Origin: Spirochaetia bacterium
GTDB taxonomy: Bacteria; Spirochaetota; Spirochaetia; DSM-27196; Salinispiraceae
NCBI GenBank assembly: GCA_038204425.1
Contig: JBBRCZ010000003.1
Location: forward strand, 128,001-192,000
Direction of reading: 5' to 3'
DNA: 64,000 bases
Part shown: piece by piece, positions 56,630 through 64,000 of the stretch
How positions within the stretch are numbered: the stretch's first letter is position 1
How the letters are laid out: the number at the start of each line of letters is the position of its first letter
Notes under the pieces: generated by a model
The model's database searches: none
Told to the model about the DNA's origin: nothing
The model's input: the letters and a program-made list of their open reading frames with translations, nothing else
Position numbers and translations under genes: made by a program

Positions 56630-56671
56630 TACCGGAATGTACATGTCCGGATACAACAATTGGAGGAAGCA

Positions 56672-56911
56672 ATGGCTGATGAATTGTTCGAGAAGTTAAA
56701 GAAGTTGATCGCTGACAAATTGGAAGTCGAGGAGTCTAAAATTACTCCCGAAGCATCTTTTCGCCAAGATCTTGGTGCAGACAGCCTTGACACGTATGAA
56801 TTGGTGTACGCGATAGAAGAAGAGCTTGGAATTCAAATTCCAGACGAAAAAGCAAACGAGTTCGAAACCGTCAAGGACGCTCTGGAATTTATTCGTTCTG
56901 CTCAGAAGTAA
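56672..56911 (+). CDS. acpP: Acyl carrier protein
   Basis: DLGADSLD phosphopantetheine site; GGAGG SD. Confidence 0.97.
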   Translation: MADELFEKLKKLIADKLEVEESKITPEASFRQDLGADSLDTYELVYAIEEELGIQIPDEKANEFETVKDALEFIRSAQK

Positions 56912-56938
56912 GCTTTTGTAACTGCTGATTGTAAAAGA

Positions 56939-57664
56939 ATGAGCGTAAAGCCAGCCTTTGACGATGAGCGAAAACGTTTATTACTATCGTTTCAAAAAAA
57001 ATGTAAACTTAGGTTCAAGAGCTTAGAGCTTTTGAACCTTTCTTTTTGTCATCGATCTTGGTCAAATGAAAAATCTGACAATCCCCATAACAATGAGCGG
57101 CTAGAATTTTTGGGTGACTCGGTTCTGGGCATGGTTGTCGCTGGCTATCTTTTTGAAAACTATCCGCACTATTCCGAGGGAGAACTCGCCAAAATTAAGG
57201 CTTTTGTAGTGTCAGAAGAGAGTCTGGCATCAATCGCGCTTAGCTTGCACCTGCCTGACTTTTTGCTTTTGGGCAAGGGTGAAGAGATGTCCGGCGGCAG
57301 AAATCGCAAGGCAATTCTCGCCGACGCTTTGGAAGCCGTCATCGGGGCCATCTACTCAGATTCTGGCATAAAGAATGTTCAAGACTTTATATTGGCCGTA
57401 CTGATTCCGGAAATTGAGAATGTAGTTAACGACAAACACAAAAAAGACTATAAAACACTATTGCAAGAAGCCGTTCAAAAAAACTACAAAATGTTTCCAC
57501 GCTATGTTTTGACCAGCAAGTCTGGTCCAGATCACGATAAGATCTTCTGGATGGAAGTCCATATTGCTCAAGAAAGTTTTGGTCCGGCAAGTGGTAGCAA
57601 TAAAAAAATGGCCGAACAAGCTTGTGCTCAAATCGCGTGGCAGGCACTTTTCTCTTTAACCTAG
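56939..57664 (+). CDS. rnc: Ribonuclease III
   Basis: NERLEFLGDSVL, ADALEAVIGA, dsRBD DYKTLLQE..GPDH. Confidence 0.97.
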   Translation: MSVKPAFDDERKRLLLSFQKKCKLRFKSLELLNLSFCHRSWSNEKSDNPHNNERLEFLGDSVLGMVVAGYLFENYPHYSEGELAKIKAFVVSEESLASIALSLHLPDFLLLGKGEEMSGGRNRKAILADALEAVIGAIYSDSGIKNVQDFILAVLIPEIENVVNDKHKKDYKTLLQEAVQKNYKMFPRYVLTSKSGPDHDKIFWMEVHIAQESFGPASGSNKKMAEQACAQIAWQALFSLT

Positions 57665-58957
57665 TCCTTGATAGTAGAGCATTGCTTGTGCACAAAGATA
57701 CTCACGTCGATTTTTTTTTGGATCAGCAATAACCTCTGCAAGTAAGGACTGCAGAATCACACCCAATCTTTTGTCCTTTACTATACCAAGAGCCAAGAGA
57801 TCTACCCCAGTGACACTCAATTGTCCAAGGGAAAGCGGTGGGTCTTGCTCGAGCAGCAGCTGACAGCGATTTAGGGCCTTGGCAGAGTTAGGGCGATTGC
57901 CTTTGAAGGCAGCATAGGTCTCATGGAGATTGATGAGCGATAGAGCGACTTCTCGGCCCGCATCGGCCATAAAAAGGCGCAATCGGGCATCGGACCACGT
58001 TTCCTGATAGAGATCAAGAGATAGCTCCGTTGATTTGAGAACAAAGCGCAGTTCTTGCTTACTTAGCTTCAACGACCGCAGGGTCTGCTCCAATGCTGCG
58101 AGATCAGTGCTGCCAATAAACAGACCAGCTAAGCTCAGCAAATAGTCATCGTGGATGGTAGCTAGGCAGTTGAGGCGTAGCAAAAATTCATCCTCATTGA
58201 GCAACATAAAACTTGGCATAAAGGTAGTAAGAATGTGGAGTTGGTTCAACATCTTTAGGCCGGCACTTGCTTGCTTTGAGGTCAAAATCTTAAACAGTTC
58301 GTCCCTAAAGCGCTCCACCGAAACGCCACTTAGGCCCTGAGCAGACTTCTTCATTCCGGCGAGTGTCTCTGGGCTAATAGTAAAGTTGAGCTGGCATGCA
58401 AAGCGAATACCTCTTACAATGCGTAGCGCATCCTCATTAAAACGATCAAGTGCCTTGCCGACGGTCCTAATCAGGCCTGCCTTGAGGTCATCTTGCCCTC
58501 CGTGAGGGTCTATTAAGATTGATCGATCTAAATCAATCGCCATAGCGTTTACCGTGAAGTCACGACGTTTAAGGTCCTGATAAAGATCTTGTGTAAAGTG
58601 AACCTGATCTGGACGCCTAGCGTCACTGTAGTCGCCATCTATCCTAAAGGTGGTTAGTTCAAAGTGAATGCCTGATTCTACAATGGTGACTGTTCCGTGT
58701 TGTATGCCAGTTGGAATGACCGTGCGAAAAAGTGGAATAATTTCATGCGGAAGTGCATTTCCTGCCAGATCGAGGTCCTTTGGTTTGTAGCCCAAAACCA
58801 AATTTCTGACTGCTCCGCCTACCAAAATTGTTCTAAAACCAGCCTTTGAGAGACGTGTCCTAACCCTTCCAAGTGCAGTCCATTCATGGCCGAGTACTGA
58901 TTGGGCGAGCTTGATGAGTTGGTCTGCTGAGGACTCAATGCTAATTTGATTTGGCAC
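57656..58957 (-). CDS. cca: CCA tRNA nucleotidyltransferase
   Basis: VGGAVRN, KDLD, ELTTFR, DLKRRDFTVNA, RFNEDALR, SVER. Confidence 0.9.
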   Translation of the reverse strand: MPNQISIESSADQLIKLAQSVLGHEWTALGRVRTRLSKAGFRTILVGGAVRNLVLGYKPKDLDLAGNALPHEIIPLFRTVIPTGIQHGTVTIVESGIHFELTTFRIDGDYSDARRPDQVHFTQDLYQDLKRRDFTVNAMAIDLDRSILIDPHGGQDDLKAGLIRTVGKALDRFNEDALRIVRGIRFACQLNFTISPETLAGMKKSAQGLSGVSVERFRDELFKILTSKQASAGLKMLNQLHILTTFMPSFMLLNEDEFLLRLNCLATIHDDYLLSLAGLFIGSTDLAALEQTLRSLKLSKQELRFVLKSTELSLDLYQETWSDARLRLFMADAGREVALSLINLHETYAAFKGNRPNSAKALNRCQLLLEQDPPLSLGQLSVTGVDLLALGIVKDKRLGVILQSLLAEVIADPKKNRREYLCAQAMLYYQGLG

Positions 58958-58993
58958 AAGATACTATTTCATGCAGATTGTTAGACTGTCAAT

Positions 58994-59022
58994 AAAAAAA
59001 CCGCCCCTTTGTGGAGCGGTTT
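58994..59022 (-). terminator. flaB intrinsic terminator
   Basis: Minus strand AACCGCTCC-ACAAA-GGGGCGGTTTTTTT; a second hairpin CCAAAAG..CTTTTGG at 59032-59052. Confidence 0.85.
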
Positions 59023-59053
59023 CTTGCGAACCCAAAAGACTTTGGCTTTTGGA

Positions 59054-59926
59054 CTACTGAAGAAGCTGCAGAACCTGTTGGTTCTTTTGGTTGGCTTGTG
59101 CAAGCATTGCATTGGCGCTCTGAGTAAGGATCTGGTTTTTGGTAAACTCGACAGTTTCCTTAGCCATGTCCACATCACGAATGCGGCTTTCGCTAGCCTG
59201 CAAGTTTTCTGCACCAATACTCAAACCAGCACGAGCGAGCTCGAGTCGGTTCTGGTAGGCGCCGAGGTCAGCACGTTGCTTAGATACAGCCTTGAGGGCC
59301 TTATCCAAGACACCAATTACTGTGTTTGCTTTGTCTGGAGTTGACAGGCTGATAAAGCTGGCGGTGTGTGGCAAGCCTGATGTACTCTGGAGACCCAAAC
59401 CTTGGGCAGTCATGGTACCGATGTAAACACGTTCGCGTTGGTCCATGTTGGCACCAATGTGGAACCACATAGAAGCGGTAACAGTGTTAGTACCGGTGTC
59501 TGCAGCGAACCTACCGGTCAACAAGTTCATGCCGTTAAACTGGGCATGGCTGGCTACGCGATTGATTTCGTCTACGAGCTGACTAACTTCAACCTGGATC
59601 TGCATTCTGTCTTCTGACGAATAAATACCGTTTGAAGACTGAACAGCGAGTTCACGAATACGTTGCAAAACATCTTGTGATTCTTGCAAATAACCTTCGG
59701 CAGTCTGGATTAGAGAAATACCATCGGCAGCGTTCCGTTCGGCTTGGTTCAAACCGCGGATTTGTGAACGCATCTTTTCTGACACTGCCAGACCAGACGC
59801 ATCGTCACCGGCACGGTTGATTCTCAGGCCAGAACTCAGTTTTTCGATGTTCTTTTCTAGTCCAATATCATTGAACTTGTTCTGGCGCTGAGCGAACATA
59901 GCACTCAGGTTGTGATTGATTATCAT
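59054..59926 (-). CDS. flaB: Periplasmic flagellar filament core protein FlaB
   Basis: [59 protein letters not shown]. Confidence 0.98.
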   Translation of the reverse strand: MIINHNLSAMFAQRQNKFNDIGLEKNIEKLSSGLRINRAGDDASGLAVSEKMRSQIRGLNQAERNAADGISLIQTAEGYLQESQDVLQRIRELAVQSSNGIYSSEDRMQIQVEVSQLVDEINRVASHAQFNGMNLLTGRFAADTGTNTVTASMWFHIGANMDQRERVYIGTMTAQGLGLQSTSGLPHTASFISLSTPDKANTVIGVLDKALKAVSKQRADLGAYQNRLELARAGLSIGAENLQASESRIRDVDMAKETVEFTKNQILTQSANAMLAQANQKNQQVLQLLQ

Positions 59927-59949
59927 ACAATCCTCCTTGACATTGGTCC

Positions 59950-59971
59950 ACGTAAACTTCCTTGTCTACGT
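59950..59971 (-). promoter_or_regulatory. Putative CsrA-binding hairpin in the flaB leader
   Basis: Minus strand ACGUAGAC-AAGGAA-GUUUACGU, GGA in a hexaloop just upstream of the AAGGAGG SD. Confidence 0.65.
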
Positions 59972-60052
59972 CGTCACAAAAAACTACGTTTTTTGCAAAC
60001 GCTCAGTCTCATTTTCGGCAACGCCGGTGTGACTGGGGCACTCCTGTATTTA

Positions 60053-60080
60053 CTCTCGGCAAACAACCAAGCAAGCTTGA
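60053..60080 (-). promoter_or_regulatory. sigma28 promoter of flaB
   Basis: Minus strand TCAA-N16-GCCGAGAG. Confidence 0.7.
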
Positions 60081-60121
60081 GAGATCTTGCTCAAATTTGT
60101 AAAAGTATGCAGACTGCTTTA

Positions 60122-60790
60122 ATGCAAAGAAAGAAGTGGGGTGTACTCTTTATAGGCGGGGAGGGCCCTTCTGAGCAGAGGGTAGCTCAAATCTGCCAAG
60201 ATGCAGACCTTATCGCGGCGGCTGATGGTGGCTTACAAAAGGCTTTAGATTCGGGCGTTGTTCCTGCAGCAGTTATTGGTGATATGGACAGTTTTACCTC
60301 TGCTATACCGGACGGAATTGAACTCGAGCACCATCCAATAGATAAGGACTACTCTGACACCGAACTGGGTATTGCTTGGCTACGAAGAAAAGGCATGCAA
60401 AACATAGTTTTAATTGGTGGTGGTGGTGGACGAATGGATCATCTTTTTGCAATTATGACACTGTTTTGGTTGCCGAATCCACCTTGTCGTTGGTATACGG
60501 CTCAGGATGAGTTAATCTTTGTCCGAGAATCAATGAGTATTGTCGCGCCATTGGAACAAATTGTGAGTATCTTTGCGATACCGGGCAAGCCCGTTAGTGC
60601 AAAGTCTCAGGGACTGTTTTGGCCACTGGACAATCTGGTCTTAGATACCAGTCATCTGAGTCTTTCAAATAGGGTAATTGCCAAGCAAGTGCAGCTGAGT
60701 GTTTTGTCGGGCGCTCTTTTGTTTTTGAGAAATCTATCAGATGATTCTAAGATCATTTCATTTAAGGCCAAGGTAGATGCTGATAGCTAA
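60122..60790 (+). CDS. thiN: Thiamine diphosphokinase
   Basis: AADGG, IGDMDS, DKDYSDTE, GGRMDH, GLFWPL, LSN; ATG 60122 preferred. Confidence 0.93.
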   Translation: MQRKKWGVLFIGGEGPSEQRVAQICQDADLIAAADGGLQKALDSGVVPAAVIGDMDSFTSAIPDGIELEHHPIDKDYSDTELGIAWLRRKGMQNIVLIGGGGGRMDHLFAIMTLFWLPNPPCRWYTAQDELIFVRESMSIVAPLEQIVSIFAIPGKPVSAKSQGLFWPLDNLVLDTSHLSLSNRVIAKQVQLSVLSGALLFLRNLSDDSKIISFKAKVDADS

Positions 60791-62722
60791 TTGGCAGCAA
60801 AGGAGCTCGCGGTGCCACCGAGAACAGTCAGTCAGTTAGTACAAGCTCTCACGGACAACGAGCGTCGTGAATTGTCTGAGCGAATCCAACGTAGTTTGTC
60901 GCTTGTTAAAAAAGATCAAGCTCCTATTTACCATGGTACGATTAACGCCGACTATCGTGCGCAAATGGTCAGTCAAGGTTTACATGACCTTACGCTGGTC
61001 CAACGACTCAAGCTATGGATAAGAAAAGTCTTGAGTGGTCGTAGCAATGAAGAGCTTTTTGTGGAACTCAAATTAGCCGACATGGGGCGCGAGCTGGGCA
61101 ACGCAAACCTTGCAGACACTGCCTCTAAGACGGTGATGCCACGTTTTGCTGAAATGTGTCTCAAACTCTATCGTCGTGTACTGGTGCTCAAGCCATTCTT
61201 TGTGTTTCTGTGGGGCTCTGACGACAATATGCGCGAGGCGATCCAGGGATTGCTGCAAGCTAAAATACCAAATGCCAAAAACGGTCTCAATGATTTTCTG
61301 ACCCAGGACGAAATGGAGCAGCTTTTTGAAGAATCAGAAACTAAGGCTGCCTTGAGACAGGAACTCTTGAATCGACTTAATAGCTATCTCGACAATATTG
61401 CTCCTGATGTGTTTGCAAACATCGAAGAAGGCTTGCTACCTTTATATTATTTCAAAGAGCTTTGCTTTTACAACTTCCCTGGACTACTGTCATTTTTTTT
61501 GGGTGGCGGCAAACTGCTCAAGGAGATCCCCAACCCTGACTTTAGGTCTTCCAGTATTGAGAAAGTACTTGACGAGCTAGAACACTTGTACTTTGCGATG
61601 CATACGGCGACCAAAGGTGGAGATGGCGATCGTTTACATGCTGAGATCTATGAACATTATCAAGACAAACAGAAAGAGCTCGAAAAAAAGAAACTAACAG
61701 AAAGCATAGGCGCGCCGCAGAACTTCTTCGATCCAGTGGATAGAGAAATTTCCCCTCCCCAGCAAGAAACACTAGAGGCCTTAGATGAAGAGTTTGACCT
61801 AGCCAACGCCACTAGTGAACAAGATCTTATCACTAAAGTGGTAAAAAATGAAAAAGAGGATCTAATCAAAAACTTTAGGCGCATGATCCGTGACACTGTC
61901 AAAGACGTCAGTTTGGTGCTTGAGAATGGCAAACTTGCCGATCTGATTCGATTCTTTCGCAATGATCCTTACTACAAGTTTCTTGCATATGTACCAAGTC
62001 TAAATCTGCGAGATTTTTATTACGCGTCAACTCGTATGCATGTCTTGGAAGAGCTTGACCAAAGTTACTCGTCATTGCGTGAGTTAGTGATAAAGCGTTT
62101 GATAAGAGGTGTCTTTAAGTTTGGTTTCAAGGAATTTGAGAACTATCGGCGCTTCCCAATGGGCATCAACAGAAGTTCGTTGCCTCCATTTAGGTATGTT
62201 GATTCTTTGTGTATTCTCCACAACTACCTTGGTTCCATTTTTGCAGCCTACGTGCGTGACTTGATGCGTATTTTAATGAAGGCCTTGCCGTCACGAAGCA
62301 AAGACAATCAAGGAGAGTTTACCTTTCATATCAACGGTCTTGAGAACATCTTTGAAAGTTTAAAGATTCTAGAGAATAGTTTTGCTATTGAAAACGCCGA
62401 GGGAAAAAATCTAAGTCGGCTAAGGTCCAACATGGAGAAGGATATTGGCCAAGAACGTATGTATCGCATCTATGTCATTCAAAAGGATAAGGAACTAAGG
62501 CCTTTGTTAGAAGAAGGGCTCGAGCACCTGCGAGCCTTAATTGACTTGTTGGAAGACGTGCTCAAGATGCCTGTGGACGTGATTAATGAACGATTCCAAG
62601 CCGCTAGCGGCATGACTATCGCTGGTGGCTACTTCCAACGATTTAAAGATATTCAAAAAGAAATGAAGATGGCGGCCAAAGCAGTCCGCTACCAAAAACT
62701 ATTGGAAGAAGAGAAAGTCTAG
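60791..62722 (+). CDS. Conserved spirochete helical protein (possibly DUF5312-like)
   Basis: 643-aa helical ORF; family assignment is from recollection only. Confidence 0.55.
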   Translation: MAAKELAVPPRTVSQLVQALTDNERRELSERIQRSLSLVKKDQAPIYHGTINADYRAQMVSQGLHDLTLVQRLKLWIRKVLSGRSNEELFVELKLADMGRELGNANLADTASKTVMPRFAEMCLKLYRRVLVLKPFFVFLWGSDDNMREAIQGLLQAKIPNAKNGLNDFLTQDEMEQLFEESETKAALRQELLNRLNSYLDNIAPDVFANIEEGLLPLYYFKELCFYNFPGLLSFFLGGGKLLKEIPNPDFRSSSIEKVLDELEHLYFAMHTATKGGDGDRLHAEIYEHYQDKQKELEKKKLTESIGAPQNFFDPVDREISPPQQETLEALDEEFDLANATSEQDLITKVVKNEKEDLIKNFRRMIRDTVKDVSLVLENGKLADLIRFFRNDPYYKFLAYVPSLNLRDFYYASTRMHVLEELDQSYSSLRELVIKRLIRGVFKFGFKEFENYRRFPMGINRSSLPPFRYVDSLCILHNYLGSIFAAYVRDLMRILMKALPSRSKDNQGEFTFHINGLENIFESLKILENSFAIENAEGKNLSRLRSNMEKDIGQERMYRIYVIQKDKELRPLLEEGLEHLRALIDLLEDVLKMPVDVINERFQAASGMTIAGGYFQRFKDIQKEMKMAAKAVRYQKLLEEEKV

Positions 62723-62808
62723 GATGAGATAGTTTTGGACATTTTTCACGGTATCGCGTCGAATTGCCGTACAATGAACGCAATCGACGTGGGGAAGGGT
62801 GCAAGTTA

Positions 62809-63183
62809 ATGTTAACAAGCAATCGCAGTGACCTAAAAATTGAAGTCGATTACTATTTACAGCGTTCGTTACATCTTTTGGAAACTGCTTCAACCATCGG
62901 CTTTTTTTTGATGCTTTTGTCGGCACTTATTTTTGCTATAGGCAATTTCCAAGGTTTTGTGTCTAAGAGCCAAGAACAACTTTTGACAATTATGCGCGTT
63001 ATGGGAATTGCATTTGTTGGCATTAATACTTGGGCGCTGCTTTTTATTGTGCTTAGAAGTTTTCGACTCAAAAAGCTATTGGTTAAGAAGCTAGCTATGT
63101 CTCTATCTAGTTTGATCTTGGGCTTGCTGTTGGTATTGGTAGCAGGCTTTGTCTTGACGCTAATCGACGGCCAGGCGGCCTAA
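62809..63183 (+). CDS. Small 3-TM hypothetical membrane protein
   Basis: Three hydrophobic helices, GNFQGF loop. Confidence 0.65.
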   Translation: MLTSNRSDLKIEVDYYLQRSLHLLETASTIGFFLMLLSALIFAIGNFQGFVSKSQEQLLTIMRVMGIAFVGINTWALLFIVLRSFRLKKLLVKKLAMSLSSLILGLLLVLVAGFVLTLIDGQAA

Positions 63184-63185
63184 GC

Positions 63186-63974
63186 GTGGCTCTTCCCTAC
63201 AAGACACCAATGCAGCTCCAACATATGAATACTGCCGGTCTCTTGATTCACCAACTATTTAGGATTTTGTCTAAAAAGATTCGGCCTGGCTTGCTGGGCA
63301 AGGACTTGGAGATTTTTTGCAATGATTACTTTAAGACAAACAAGTTGGAGCCCCTGCTTCTAGGGTATCAAGGCTTTCCTGCCAGTATCTGCCTCAATAT
63401 CAATCAAACAGCCGCCCACGGCGTTCCCGCTTTTCAGGAAATTCAAGCCGGAGACCTTGTTACGGTAGATACAGCGGTTCGTTACAAAGGTTTTTGTGCC
63501 GATGCGGCCTGGACTTATTTGCTTCCGCCTTATACAGGTGCCGCTCAGAAAGCCGTTTTTAGTGCTTGGCAAGTGTCGGCAGTGGCAAGCAAAGCTCTAC
63601 TGAGAGGAAAGGGTTTGTCAGGTCTGATCTACGACAGCGCAACACTTGCTAGGCAGCTTGGAGTACAAATTCTTTCACAATTTGGTGGACATGGAATTGG
63701 AAGGTCGATGCATGAAAAGCCGCGCTATTCTTGCCAAGCCGGCTTAACATTTTCGGATATCCCTGGCCCTGGACTTGTCTTGAGTGTCGAACCGATAGTG
63801 AGCCTAGGAAGTGATGCGGTCTTGCAAAAAGATGATGGCAGTTGGCAAACGCAAGATGGTGCACTGTGTGCGCAGTTTGAACACAATATTTACCTTGCTC
63901 ACGGCGATACTATTGGTCAATGTCTGACGCTGCCTGAGCTGTTCTTGCTTGACGCCCAACAAGCACCATTCTAA
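63186..63974 (+). CDS. map: Type I methionine aminopeptidase
   Basis: GYQGFPASIC, AAHGVP, D..D, GHGIG..MHE, EP, AQFEH metal ligands. Confidence 0.9.
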   Translation: MALPYKTPMQLQHMNTAGLLIHQLFRILSKKIRPGLLGKDLEIFCNDYFKTNKLEPLLLGYQGFPASICLNINQTAAHGVPAFQEIQAGDLVTVDTAVRYKGFCADAAWTYLLPPYTGAAQKAVFSAWQVSAVASKALLRGKGLSGLIYDSATLARQLGVQILSQFGGHGIGRSMHEKPRYSCQAGLTFSDIPGPGLVLSVEPIVSLGSDAVLQKDDGSWQTQDGALCAQFEHNIYLAHGDTIGQCLTLPELFLLDAQQAPF

Positions 63975-64000
63975 GCAATTGTCAGGTAGGCTTGTTTTCC

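Noticed and set aside
59912..60121. Extension of the thiN ORF over the flaB leader
   Set aside because: Region holds the flaB promoter and UTR; ThiN-like sequence starts near 60122

Overview
Chromosomal core-genome window from a spirochete (class Spirochaetia), probably free-living. The assignment rests on the spirochete-type FlaB, CheY3-type CheY, ~900-aa GreA, short Smc and the gene order; a class II photolyase points to a light-exposed habitat. Main blocks: (1) the 3' part of mutS, comF, then rimP-nusA-infB-rbfA-truB and rpsO-pnp-dut-lptF-lptG-tgt-murJ; (2) greA and photolyase; (3) an NtrC-like/PilZ/CheY signalling trio; (4) ackA, a DUF2779 protein, a large GT-C-like membrane protein, a PP2C phosphatase, an M18 peptidase and smc; (5) ffh-rpsP-khpA-rimM-trmD-rplS with FlhB-like, HD-GYP and YraN genes; (6) coaD-rpmF-acpP-rnc, cca, flaB, thiN and map. 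I saw no rRNA, tRNA, CRISPR array or mobile element. The standout is a 1140-aa four-domain fusion (45123-48545): 2-oxoacid dehydrogenase E1alpha, E1beta, lipoyl domain and FabH. It has no E2 acyltransferase domain, and its FabH appears to have lost the CoA-adenine-stacking residues, suggesting CoA-independent priming of (branched-chain) fatty-acid synthesis. Other leads: a G9 tract behind a sigma28-like promoter, a structured rpsO leader, a TGT lacking its zinc cysteines, an Smc without a recognisable hinge, a FlgM-like small protein, several apparently leaderless genes, and recurring Thr-run motifs in exported proteins. All annotation is by eye from motifs; no database searches were run.
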